A stretch of 64,000 bases of DNA from Klebsiella pneumoniae (GCA_945878555.1 CAMDWI010000003.1:148287-212286), one strand, 5' to 3'; shown: positions 40,693 through 50,609, counted from the stretch's first letter. The notes: generated by a model not told the origin, from the letters alone. Translations and numbers: made by a program.

Positions 40693-42159
40693 CTAGATTA
40701 TCGTCCCACCAAGAAATCCAAGATTGGCCGGGTAATCCGGTCGGCCACCGGCGACACCGAAGTTTCTCAGGTTAGGGAGTAATGTTGTCAGCTCAATGTC
40801 ACTTACGCCAAACCAGCGTGCCAGTGTCGCGGCAAACTGGTCTACCGAGGTACTGGGTAACAAACGGCCCTGACCGACATGCCACTGATCATCCGGACTG
40901 GATGTGTCCGTAATGCTCACTGGTGGTGGTTTGCCATAAAATGCCGCGCCCTGCACGGCGCCACCGACCACCAGATGATGTGAGCCCCAGCCATGATCCG
41001 AACCATCACCGTTGATGGACAGCGTGCGTCCGAAATCAGACGCCGTGAACGCGGTTACCTGGTTGGCCACACCGAGTTCGACAGTGGCATGATAAAATGC
41101 CGCCATCGCCTGATCGACCTGTTGCAACAGTGGTGCATGACGCGTGCCGAGATAGTCGTGCAGATCAAAACCGCCCAAGGACACCATGAACACCTGTCGC
41201 TTTGCTCCCAGCGTAGTACGCGCACCAATCAGCTGGGCCACAGTGCGTAACTGGCCACCCAGACTGGTTGCCGGAAACGGGGTGGTCAGGTTCACCGTGG
41301 AAAAACCCTGGTTGACGCGTGTTGCTGCTGTCATGCTGTTACGCATGATCAGGTTGTATTCATTTTCCAGCAGATGCGTGCGTTGTTGTTGCAACATACT
41401 GGTGAATGCGGTTCGCATTTCAGCGGACCCGAAAAAGCTGCTGGTCGCCGCATCAACCAGTATGGCCGACCCGGTACTGCTGACCTGATATTGACGGGCC
41501 GCCACACCTGACAGGAACACATTATTACCAGTCACACTGATACAGGTGAACAACGGGTCGGTATTATTGCCGATAGCAAGATCGCCGATCTTGCCGCCCC
41601 AACCGAGTGTTGCACCTTCGGGTGCAAACGACTGCCAGGTGGATTGCTGGTCATTATGCGAGAACAGTTTGGCCGGTAAGGGGTAGTTGCGAAAGTCCTG
41701 CAATTTGTACTGGGCACGTGTCAGCGGGACAATCAACGGTCCGACATTCAACTGCACTGCCGCCTTGCCGGAGTTGAACAGTCCGGCGAGCCCGGTCATT
41801 TCCGGATGCAGTGCGTATTTGCGGCCGCCAGCCAGCGGCACGGTCGGAAGCAACTCGGTAGCTGCAAGATCTGTTTTCTGCATGACTACCGGTGAGGTAT
41901 TCGAACCGGCACCCGCCCCGCGTATGGCCAGATACTGCGCATAACTGGTGTCGTCATAGTTCACGACCGTATTGGCATAATCATTTCCGCCAAACAGGAA
42001 CACACAGACCAGCGCCTTGTAGTCAGACGCGCTGAATGCGGCGGCCTCACCCATCGCTGCCATATTGATCATCCACGGCGCCGCCATACTGCCCATGGCA
42101 AGCTGGGCGGAGCGGCCCAGGAATTTACGGCGAGTGATAGAGTCCTTGTCGTGTTTCAT
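40693..42159 (-). CDS. DUF1501 domain protein (Tat signal)
   Basis: TRRKFL, YKALVCVFLFGGND, LFSHNDQ, GGFDLH, SDFGRT, SDHGWG; ATG 42159. Confidence 0.88.
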   Translation of the reverse strand: MKHDKDSITRRKFLGRSAQLAMGSMAAPWMINMAAMGEAAAFSASDYKALVCVFLFGGNDYANTVVNYDDTSYAQYLAIRGAGAGSNTSPVVMQKTDLAATELLPTVPLAGGRKYALHPEMTGLAGLFNSGKAAVQLNVGPLIVPLTRAQYKLQDFRNYPLPAKLFSHNDQQSTWQSFAPEGATLGWGGKIGDLAIGNNTDPLFTCISVTGNNVFLSGVAARQYQVSSTGSAILVDAATSSFFGSAEMRTAFTSMLQQQRTHLLENEYNLIMRNSMTAATRVNQGFSTVNLTTPFPATSLGGQLRTVAQLIGARTTLGAKRQVFMVSLGGFDLHDYLGTRHAPLLQQVDQAMAAFYHATVELGVANQVTAFTASDFGRTLSINGDGSDHGWGSHHLVVGGAVQGAAFYGKPPPVSITDTSSPDDQWHVGQGRLLPSTSVDQFAATLARWFGVSDIELTTLLPNLRNFGVAGGRPDYPANLGFLGGTII

Positions 42160-42167
42160 CTTCTGGC

Positions 42168-43919
42168 CTATTTCTGGATCAGATATTCCGCACTGGCCAT
42201 CACAAACAGAATGGCCTTGGCGATATAGTTGCGTTTGGTAGTGTCCGTGCTTGACGTTGTGCTGCGGTCTGCACCCAACGCCGTGACGATCAGGCTGACG
42301 GTGGCAGGAGAGAGTTGCCCGGCACACAGTATCCGGTTGAGGCGATCAACGAGCGCCGACGGATTTCCAACCAGGGTGAGTTCAGTGGTATAGGCAGGCA
42401 CAATATCAAAACCCAGACCGCTGATGGATATGCCCCGACTCAGGATGCCGTCAAGATAGTTGATGTAAGATGGCGCTGTGGTCTCGTTGATCAGCTGGAA
42501 CTCCGGCGCGGTAGCGCGTGCGAGCGCCAGCGGCGGGCTTGAAGGTACATAACCCGGTCTGAAGAAGTTGAAGACCGAAGGCGCTTGTAACGGACTTTGT
42601 CCCAGCGAGTTTGCCGCCGAGAGGTTCCCGAGCTTCCAGGTACCGCTGATGGAGCTTACCTCGAAGGTGTGCGCCCACTGGGCAATCCGCACCATCGGTT
42701 CCCGTAATTTGCCGAATGTGGATGACTCCTGACTGGCCGAACTGTTCGCCTCGCTGTCCAGCAGGATGGCGCTGAAAACGGCCGCCAGATCGCCGCGTAC
42801 TCCCTGGCCATTATTATTAAAGACACTGGCCACCCGCGCCACGTATTCCGGGGAGGGATCACTGGTCACCAGGCGCTGGATCATCTGCCTGCCGAAAAAC
42901 GGACCCACATTCGGATGCATGAACAGTGTATCGAGTGCGATCCGCAGGGCCACCGTGCCGTCGGTACCGGCCGCGATTTGGGTGCCCAGGAAATTCACCT
43001 CCAGTAAAGAATGGCGTGTCGGGTTCAGAACCATGCGCCGACGTGCATAACCGACATTGCGGATCCGGTTACTCAAACCTGCAGGTGTAAAAAACCCCTC
43101 GGAATCATCTGACTGATAACCGGTAAACACACGCGCCAGATTGGATACATCTGTCTGGGTATAACTCTCTTCGGGTTGACCGTTACTGCCGATAATGGCG
43201 GTACCATCTATATTCAGGTTGAGTAGTCCAATGCTGAAAAGCTGCATGACCTCGCGTGCGTAATTCTCATCGGGTACCCGGCCTGTCACGGCATTTTCTT
43301 TCTGGTTACCCATCGTATTAAGAAACTCACCCATTGCGACGTTCAGTGTGATTTCTTCCAGCAGGGTACGGTAGTTACCAAACGCATTATTTGCAAGCAC
43401 ATCCCAGTAGGCCGCCATGGCAAATTGTGGCCAGTTCAATTGAACACCGGCCGTACCAACAACGAAGAATTCAGACAAAGCCAGCGCTATACGTTGCCTG
43501 ACACCGTCCGGCGCAGCCATGATCCTCTGCCAGGCCATGTAGTTCGCCTGGGTGCTGTTGTTGTAGTTATTTGAATCGGTAGCAGAATAACCCTGTGCTG
43601 TCAGCCAGTCCCATGCGCTCTGCGACGGGGGTAAGGACATCTGCTGGCTCAGCCAGGTCTGCGCACCCAGAGTGCGTACCGCAGATATTTCATTTTCGGT
43701 GGAGGAAAACTGGGCCCGTTGCAGAAACCGGGCAGAGGCGAGGTCGATTTGTTGTATCTGTTCCGCTGTTAATACAGTGGCAGCGGGCACCGCTTCTTCT
43801 TCTCCTCCACCCCCCCCTCCTCCGCAAGCGGTGAGCAATGCAGCCGTTCCGCTCATTAAAACCCAGCGGTTATCTGAAGTTTCGTCGGTTTGCTTTTCGA
43901 CCTGAATGCGTGTGTCCAC
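42168..43919 (-). CDS. DUF1800 domain lipoprotein
   Basis: LLTAC lipobox with poly-Gly, PDENYAREVMQLFSIG, LVTSDPS, GKLREP, APSVFNFF. Confidence 0.88.
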   Translation of the reverse strand: MDTRIQVEKQTDETSDNRWVLMSGTAALLTACGGGGGGGEEEAVPAATVLTAEQIQQIDLASARFLQRAQFSSTENEISAVRTLGAQTWLSQQMSLPPSQSAWDWLTAQGYSATDSNNYNNSTQANYMAWQRIMAAPDGVRQRIALALSEFFVVGTAGVQLNWPQFAMAAYWDVLANNAFGNYRTLLEEITLNVAMGEFLNTMGNQKENAVTGRVPDENYAREVMQLFSIGLLNLNIDGTAIIGSNGQPEESYTQTDVSNLARVFTGYQSDDSEGFFTPAGLSNRIRNVGYARRRMVLNPTRHSLLEVNFLGTQIAAGTDGTVALRIALDTLFMHPNVGPFFGRQMIQRLVTSDPSPEYVARVASVFNNNGQGVRGDLAAVFSAILLDSEANSSASQESSTFGKLREPMVRIAQWAHTFEVSSISGTWKLGNLSAANSLGQSPLQAPSVFNFFRPGYVPSSPPLALARATAPEFQLINETTAPSYINYLDGILSRGISISGLGFDIVPAYTTELTLVGNPSALVDRLNRILCAGQLSPATVSLIVTALGADRSTTSSTDTTKRNYIAKAILFVMASAEYLIQK

Positions 43920-44065
43920 GTCAGTACTGTGTCCGGTATCGGGATTATGTTTTACGCTACTCCAATTCCTGCGCGGGCGAAACGGGTGCTTGCAGATTAT
44001 TCTGGAATTGTGAACTGATCTATGAGTTCGGCCAGCCGTTAGTTCGGTCGTAGTGCAGGCTTATG

Positions 44066-44563
44066 CTACAAGATGAAGCTGACAGACCCGAGTGAGCCAA
44101 GTTCGTGTGCATCAATGAGCACGCGCCGTTCCCGGATTCGAAAGGAATTCCCCATGATAATCAGACGGTAACGAAATGCCCCGACATATTCACGTACGCG
44201 TTCATGACGACGAAAACGGTAACAGACGAAGTTAGCGGCAACAGTGAGTTCATCGCCACTACGGTCTATGATCCTGATATTGTTGATCATCCTGCGTGTG
44301 CGTGACGGAGGAGACTCGGCATGGCAGTTCGGGTCGAGTATGCGGATGACACGCTGCCGGATACGTTCGCGATCATCGGCGATGGTGAACAGGGTATTGC
44401 GGTGGTCCCCGTCGGGCTGGTCATTCGGCGGGACGTAATAGGTCGCGTCGTCGGTTAACAGCGCCTCCCATTCGTTCAGTCGCCACTCGTCCAGCAGCGC
44501 GGCCTCGTGGTAGAGGAAACTCTGGACGTCCTCGTAGCGAACATTCTGTGCCAGGTTGACCAT
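44066..44563 (-). CDS. Aromatic ring-hydroxylating dioxygenase beta subunit
   Basis: FLYHEAALLD...W, ESPPSRTRR; stop/start overlap with alpha subunit. Confidence 0.92.
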   Translation of the reverse strand: MVNLAQNVRYEDVQSFLYHEAALLDEWRLNEWEALLTDDATYYVPPNDQPDGDHRNTLFTIADDRERIRQRVIRILDPNCHAESPPSRTRRMINNIRIIDRSGDELTVAANFVCYRFRRHERVREYVGAFRYRLIIMGNSFRIRERRVLIDAHELGSLGSVSFIL

Positions 44564-45831
44564 TATTCGGTTCTCATCATTGCGTTCCAGTGGCGCCAGA
44601 ACGTACGCAGGTGGTGTTCATCACTGTTCAGTTGTTCCTCGACCGGTTTGCCCATGCCGCGGGACATATCCGACCAGCGTACCTCGCGCCAGTTGGTAAG
44701 ACCTTGCTGAACCAGTTCCAGCGCCTCGACATCATCCGGTGTGGCAAAGCCGCCCGGGCCGTAGAAGGTCAGGAAGGCATCCAGACGGCGTGCCCGTGCC
44801 GCCTCGTCTTCATCAGCGGTGCCAAGGGCCCAGGCCGTTACATGCATCTTTCCGGCGCCATCCGGGAAAAACGTGCGTACCGTGACAGACGAGCCGTCGT
44901 TAATAACCAGATTCGGAAAGATGACCAGATTACGGTTCGTATCCGCCACGCGCTGGGCCCGCTCGGTCCCGAGTCGTTGCACCAGTTCCTCGCGTATCGC
45001 CGCGATCTGCGGTCTGGCCTCTTCCCCATACAATGGTATCCATGCAGCGACCGGCCGACCGCGGAAATTCTGGTTATCGGTCGTGAAGTGTCCGTTGCCG
45101 AGTGCAATCGCCAGGCCATGACTTGGCAGCACCTGACCTTTTGCGGTGGGCGTCTGTAGCTTTACTCCGGAATTGACCATGAATTTCAGCCAGGTTGAGT
45201 GCGTGGTTGGCAGGTGATAATCATCCACGCTGTTCTCAACCAGCAGTTTCCAGTTGGCGGCAACATCATATTCCTGCGTGCCGGATATGATCTCCATCTT
45301 GCCGGACGGGGATTGATCAATGACGAGATCGATATAGGCGGTTGCCTCTGCGAGATAATCCACGAGTGACGGGGCCTCTGGATCCAGGCACATAAACCAG
45401 AAGTCGCGATAACTCTCGAAGCGCGCCGGGCTGCGCAGGCCGAGTGTGTTCCGATCAAAGTCGCCGGTGTAGGCATCATCACCAGGCAGACCCGCGAGCC
45501 GTCCGTCGGTAGCATACGACCATCCGTGATAGATGCAGCGAAACAGTCGCGTGTTTCCCGCACGTTCGGTGCAGACAATCGCACCACGGTGTCGGCAGGT
45601 ATTGAAAAAACAGCGTATCTCGTCTGAGGGGCTGCGGCAGAATATCACCGGTCGTCCGGCGACATTACGTGACAGAAAATCCCCCGGTTTTTTCAGCTCC
45701 GAGGAATGGCCGACATAGATCCAGCAGCGGTTGAAGATGCGGCTGATCTCCTGTTCGAGTATGTCTTCAGACACATACGCGAGGCGGTCCAGCAGGAATG
45801 TCTTACGGTCCGGGTCATCAACGATATACAT
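44563..45831 (-). CDS. Rieske aromatic ring-hydroxylating dioxygenase alpha subunit (p-cumate/benzoate-type)
   Basis: Rieske CRH...CIYH, mononuclear iron ENSVDDYHLPTTH, FPNL, PDD; GGAG RBS before ATG 45831. Confidence 0.93.
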   Translation of the reverse strand: MYIVDDPDRKTFLLDRLAYVSEDILEQEISRIFNRCWIYVGHSSELKKPGDFLSRNVAGRPVIFCRSPSDEIRCFFNTCRHRGAIVCTERAGNTRLFRCIYHGWSYATDGRLAGLPGDDAYTGDFDRNTLGLRSPARFESYRDFWFMCLDPEAPSLVDYLAEATAYIDLVIDQSPSGKMEIISGTQEYDVAANWKLLVENSVDDYHLPTTHSTWLKFMVNSGVKLQTPTAKGQVLPSHGLAIALGNGHFTTDNQNFRGRPVAAWIPLYGEEARPQIAAIREELVQRLGTERAQRVADTNRNLVIFPNLVINDGSSVTVRTFFPDGAGKMHVTAWALGTADEDEAARARRLDAFLTFYGPGGFATPDDVEALELVQQGLTNWREVRWSDMSRGMGKPVEEQLNSDEHHLRTFWRHWNAMMRTE

Positions 45832-45961
45832 TAAAAGTGCTCCACGCATTCCGGCGTCCCGATCGCTCAAACAGATCGGAAAATGTCATAATTTTATCTA
45901 TGCCGGAAATGATAATATTAAAGTCCGAAATAAGATATCCCTTTACCTATGTGAGGTGCCT

Positions 45962-46936
45962 GTGTCCAACCTGTCGTTGAAGATAGCATTCTGGAATTAT
46001 GACCGTACCCGGGCATTGATCGATGGTCGGGTACGCCCACAAGGGATCGATCTGGATATTCATGTGCTGCGTCCACGCGTCATGTTTCCGCGTATGCTCG
46101 ACCATCAGGAGTTTGATGTTTCAGAGTTGTCACTTGCGTCTTATGCTGCATTGAAGGCGCGGGGGAACTGCCCGTTTATCGCGATACCGGTCCCGGTGTC
46201 ACGCTTCTTTCGTCATTCCTGTATCTATGTGCGTGCCGATGCCGGTATCCATGAGCCGCGCGACTTGATAGGAAAACGTGTTGGTACCACCCAGTACGGC
46301 TCCACCGCTGCGACCTACATGAAGGGCTTGCTGCAGGATGAATATGGTGTCAAGACATCCGATATGCACTGGTTCATGGGTGGTTTGACCACGCCAACAC
46401 AGGTGCCACTGATCCCGCTCGAATTGCCATCAGCGATCCGGATTGAATTTCTCAAGATGGGCCAGACGCTGGAGCAGATGTTGCTTGATGGAGAACTGGA
46501 CGCCTTGTTCTCGATCTATCTGCCCTCTGTCTTCGTGCAGGGCTCACCGCGTATCAAAAGACTGTTCCCTGACTTCAAACTGGCAGAGCAGGATTATTAT
46601 CGCCGCACCGGCATATTTCCGATCATGCACACTATCGTGTTGCGCGATGAAATCCATCAGGCCCATCCGTGGGTCGCCGCCAGTATGTACAAGGCGTTCT
46701 GCGAGGCCAGAGATGTTGCCATTGATCAGTTATACGACACCGACGCGCTACACCTTACATTGCCCTGGCTGATCGATCATGTGGAAGAGGCCTGGCGCGT
46801 GCTCGGCAAGGACTACTGGGCATATGGATTGGCGCCTAACCGTGCGACGATAGACGCTCTCGGGCGCTACGTACACGAACAGGGCCTGGCCCCGCGTGCC
46901 GTTCGCGCCGATGAGCTGTTTCTGGATCTAGCGTAA
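45962..46936 (+). CDS. 4,5-dihydroxyphthalate decarboxylase-like / periplasmic-binding-fold protein
   Basis: YDRTRAL.DG, EFDVSELS, RFFRHS, TGIFPIMH, DYWAYG..PNR; GAGG RBS before GTG 45962; no signal peptide. Confidence 0.8.
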   Translation: MSNLSLKIAFWNYDRTRALIDGRVRPQGIDLDIHVLRPRVMFPRMLDHQEFDVSELSLASYAALKARGNCPFIAIPVPVSRFFRHSCIYVRADAGIHEPRDLIGKRVGTTQYGSTAATYMKGLLQDEYGVKTSDMHWFMGGLTTPTQVPLIPLELPSAIRIEFLKMGQTLEQMLLDGELDALFSIYLPSVFVQGSPRIKRLFPDFKLAEQDYYRRTGIFPIMHTIVLRDEIHQAHPWVAASMYKAFCEARDVAIDQLYDTDALHLTLPWLIDHVEEAWRVLGKDYWAYGLAPNRATIDALGRYVHEQGLAPRAVRADELFLDLA

Positions 46937-46959
46937 ACTGCGACCGGTTTAAGCGCTGA

Positions 46960-48909
46960 TTATTTACTATATTCTCCAATCACATCGGTTTTAGCCTTCT
47001 CGATATACCACAGCTTCGCCTCGGGCGTCAGCAGTCCATCAGCGTGTAATGCAGTGACCACACCGGTGACACACTCGACATAACGCTCACGGGTCAGGTT
47101 TTCATATGGGCGCAATACACCGGTCTTTTTTCCTTCCCGATAACGCTGGTGCCAGACCTGCTCAATGGTCGGGCGCGTATCGCGTTGACCGCTGTCTGTC
47201 ATATCGACCAGAAAGCCTTCACGATTCAGCGGCTCCAGCCATTCATCCTGGAAACCCGGTGGACGGTCCTGGTTTGCATTGATCTGTGGACGCAGTTCGG
47301 TCAGGAACGGCACAAACAAGGCCGGACTGGAGCCGACGGCGGTACCGTCCGGGCGGTTCATATAGGTGCGGAACACGCCTCGTGGGCAGGCAGTTTCGGG
47401 CATCTGTATCGCCGGACCGGCCTTCTTATCCACATCCCATACATCAACCGCATCAACGCGGGTCTCCGGTGGTTTCTTCCCGGTCCTGACCCAGTCTACC
47501 AGTGCCTGTTCCAGCGCGATTGCCACACCGCCGATGTCGACCATGTCCTTGGCGAGCTCGGGATGACGTCTGGCCTCGGCCGTGGCGTCTGCGTGACTGA
47601 CGTCGGCTATCTCGTAGGATTTCCAGATGTCGCCGAGGCCCTTCTCTACATTCAAACGGGCGTTCTCGCGTTTGTAGTTGGCATAGGTCGGATACACCCT
47701 CTCGAAGATCTGCGGCACGGTCGATGTGTTGCCACCGGCGTAGGCGGCATGTATCACCTCAATAACCGGGCTCATGAAACGACGCTGGTTCGCATCAAAA
47801 CTGAGCTGGTCGGTCTCGGTTGGTTGCAACCGGAATGCACCGGTCTCATCGACCACTGTCGCATCCCAGAAGTAGGTGGGGGCGCCGCGACCACCTGCAC
47901 TGTCGTCCAGATAAAAGCCATCGAACAGTTTCTTGCCCGCATGATCGGTGTTCATGCCACGCACGATCAGAAACGCCCTGCCTGACGCCCCACCTGCGGA
48001 ATGGCCACGGAAGAACAGATACTCCGGTGGCTTGCCCAGTTGCTCGATCACGTAATTACGGCTGATCACGGTGTAATCGCGGATCAGCCCGAGGTTATTA
48101 TTCAGGCCCATTACCTGTGTACCCGGTATACCCATCTCGGTACCGTCATCCAGCAATACGGTGTTCGAGACCGGATCGGTCGTCTTGACCAGGTCTTCCT
48201 CATTACCGGTGGCATCGCGGCGGGTCCATATCACTGCCGAGCCCATATCCATTAACGCACCAGCCGACTCACTTGCCTCGGTATAGCGATTAAACTTGCC
48301 CGGCTCCCGTGGGAAGAATTGCAAGGCAGGGTAGCGGGAGGCACCGTGTACCAGCACCCACATATTGCCGTTCCAGTCGGCCGCATTCTGCGGGATCAGG
48401 ATCTCGACACTGGACGGTGTCTTATCGGCATAGCGATAACGCGCCACACCCGGCACATACGGTCCCATATTGCCCCGGGCCTGCATGATGAATACCTGAT
48501 CATCAAACGTGTTCTCGCGACCTTCGCCGTCGACACCGGTACCAATCGGTGGTAGCAGGCGTGAATTTCGTGGCATATAGCCGAAGACCGTGCCATGGAT
48601 CGCCATCGTAATCTGCCGGTAAGCCACACCGTGCACATTTTTAATGATCTTCTCTTCGACGATGCTGCATCCTTCTGGACCGACCATCCGTTGCTCAACC
48701 TCTCCCGGACGTGGGCCGGCCATCGCTGAGTTCCAGTCCTCTTCCGGCATCTCCGTAGGTGCCATGTACTGGGCCAGGTATTTACAACCCTCCTGCGCCA
48801 TTACATTGCCGGAAATCAGGCAGGCAATGAACATACTTGCACAAGGCAATACAGACCATAACAGACGTTGACGCAGTCCATTAATGTCGAGATTCTGAAA
48901 TCTGGTCAC
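46960..48909 (-). CDS. Secreted putative alpha/beta-hydrolase of unknown family
   Basis: Signal-peptide-like N-terminus, WNG...VHG, nucleophile elbow GHSAGG, YEIADVSH, LVDWV..G..PP. Confidence 0.6.
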   Translation of the reverse strand: MTRFQNLDINGLRQRLLWSVLPCASMFIACLISGNVMAQEGCKYLAQYMAPTEMPEEDWNSAMAGPRPGEVEQRMVGPEGCSIVEEKIIKNVHGVAYRQITMAIHGTVFGYMPRNSRLLPPIGTGVDGEGRENTFDDQVFIMQARGNMGPYVPGVARYRYADKTPSSVEILIPQNAADWNGNMWVLVHGASRYPALQFFPREPGKFNRYTEASESAGALMDMGSAVIWTRRDATGNEEDLVKTTDPVSNTVLLDDGTEMGIPGTQVMGLNNNLGLIRDYTVISRNYVIEQLGKPPEYLFFRGHSAGGASGRAFLIVRGMNTDHAGKKLFDGFYLDDSAGGRGAPTYFWDATVVDETGAFRLQPTETDQLSFDANQRRFMSPVIEVIHAAYAGGNTSTVPQIFERVYPTYANYKRENARLNVEKGLGDIWKSYEIADVSHADATAEARRHPELAKDMVDIGGVAIALEQALVDWVRTGKKPPETRVDAVDVWDVDKKAGPAIQMPETACPRGVFRTYMNRPDGTAVGSSPALFVPFLTELRPQINANQDRPPGFQDEWLEPLNREGFLVDMTDSGQRDTRPTIEQVWHQRYREGKKTGVLRPYENLTRERYVECVTGVVTALHADGLLTPEAKLWYIEKAKTDVIGEYSK

Positions 48910-49098
48910 GAGCTCTCCTTATTAATATAAATCTGCCAAAGAGTTTCCCGGATGTACGCATTATTGTCAATTGACAGCAAATCCCGGTAGTGGCCAAGTG
49001 TGTCATCACTAGCGTAGCCGAGGAACTTTTTTGGTGTACGATCACGGTCTGAGAGGGCCACAGAAAACTATCCATCATCATTATCGGAACTATTATCC

Positions 49099-50517
49099 AT
49101 GACAACTCTTTCTGACGACCGTCGCTGGCTGGCCCTGATTATCCTGTGCCTGGGCGATCTGATGATCGTGCTCGACTCGACCGTCGTCAACGTCGCGCTG
49201 CCGTCCATCAAGGCGGACCTCGGCTTTAGCGAAACAACACTGGTCTGGGTCGTAAACGCCTATCTGCTGACCTATGGCGGTTTGTTGCTGCTCGGAGGAC
49301 GGCTCGGTGACTATTATGGCAACCGGCGATTGTACCTGATCGGGGTTGTGTTGTTCACACTCGCCTCGTTGGGTTGTGGTCTCGCGCAGACGCAGCCTAT
49401 GTTGATCGTGGCGCGTGCAATCCAGGGTATCGGCGGGGCGATAGTGTCTGCGGTGGCACTCGCGTTGATCATGAACATGTTTACCGATGATGCAGACCGC
49501 GCAAAGGCGATGGGGATCTTCGGTTTTGTGATGGCCGGTGGCGGATCGATCGGTGTGTTGCTCGGGGGCCTGATCACCGGCGCGTTCAGCTGGCACTGGA
49601 TATTCCTGATCAACATACCGGTCGGCATCCTCGTTTATATACTCAGTATCATGCTGATAACACCTGATGCCGGTCGGGCGAATGGTCGTCTTGATATCGC
49701 GGGGGCAGCTACGATTACCCTGTCGCTGATGCTGGCGGTTTACGCGATCGTCAATGGCAATGAAACCGGCTGGCTGGCAGGGCAGACGGTGATCATGCTG
49801 ATCTCATCCGTGTTGCTACTTGTGATTTTTCTTTTGATCGAATCCAGGGTGAAAGACCCGTTGATGCCGTTGACCCTGTTTCGGTTACGCAATGTTTCTG
49901 TTTCCAATGTAATCAGTGTGTTATGGGCCGCCGCGATGTTCGCCTGGTTTTTTATCTCCGCACTCTATCTGCAACAGGTGCTCGGTTATACACCGATGCA
50001 GGTTGGGCTTGCGTTTCTACCGTCGAATCTGATCATGGCCGCCTTCTCCCTCGGGTTGTCCGCCAGGGTAGTCATGCGTTTCGGTCTGCGACTGCCCATT
50101 GTGATCGGCCTGACCTTGTCCGCCATTGGCCTTGGCCTGTTCTCGGTATCACCTGTCGACGGCAGTTTCATGTTGCATGTATTACCCGGTATGCTGCTGC
50201 TCGGCATCGGTACCGGACTCGCCCTGAACCCGGTCCTGCTTGCGGCGATGAGCGATGTCGGGCCGGAGGAATCCGGCCTGGCCTCCGGTGTGGTCAATAC
50301 CGCGTTCATGATGGGTGGCGCGGTCGGCCTGGCCGTGCTGGCCAGTATGGCCGGCGTGATCACTGGCGAGTTGCTGGCCGGTGGCGCCGGTACCGCCGAG
50401 GCATTAAACGGCGGCTATCAGCTGGCCTTCCTGCTCGGCGCATTGTGTGCCGCTATTGGTGCCATCCTTGGAGTGTTGCTGCGCCCAGGTCAGACCCAAG
50501 AGGGCGCCATCCACTGA
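49099..50517 (+). CDS. DHA2 (EmrB/QacA) family MFS efflux transporter
   Basis: LDSTVVNVALP, GGRLGD..G, WHWIFLINIP; about 14 TM segments. Confidence 0.92.
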   Translation: MTTLSDDRRWLALIILCLGDLMIVLDSTVVNVALPSIKADLGFSETTLVWVVNAYLLTYGGLLLLGGRLGDYYGNRRLYLIGVVLFTLASLGCGLAQTQPMLIVARAIQGIGGAIVSAVALALIMNMFTDDADRAKAMGIFGFVMAGGGSIGVLLGGLITGAFSWHWIFLINIPVGILVYILSIMLITPDAGRANGRLDIAGAATITLSLMLAVYAIVNGNETGWLAGQTVIMLISSVLLLVIFLLIESRVKDPLMPLTLFRLRNVSVSNVISVLWAAAMFAWFFISALYLQQVLGYTPMQVGLAFLPSNLIMAAFSLGLSARVVMRFGLRLPIVIGLTLSAIGLGLFSVSPVDGSFMLHVLPGMLLLGIGTGLALNPVLLAAMSDVGPEESGLASGVVNTAFMMGGAVGLAVLASMAGVITGELLAGGAGTAEALNGGYQLAFLLGALCAAIGAILGVLLRPGQTQEGAIH

Positions 50518-50609
50518 TTCCAAAATGCCCTGTCTTTGTAAAATCATACGCTTAGGAATCCGACGACCCGGGTCAGACGATACTACTAAAATTGAAATAT
50601 AGGGATTGT

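Noticed and set aside
43795..43825. G-rich tract in DUF1800 as a phase-variation site
   Set aside because: In-frame mixed Gly codons encoding the usual post-lipobox linker; the ORF is intact
49023..49052. GAACTT...TCTGA sigmaE promoter before the MFS gene
   Set aside because: Spacer is 19 nt, outside the usual 16-17
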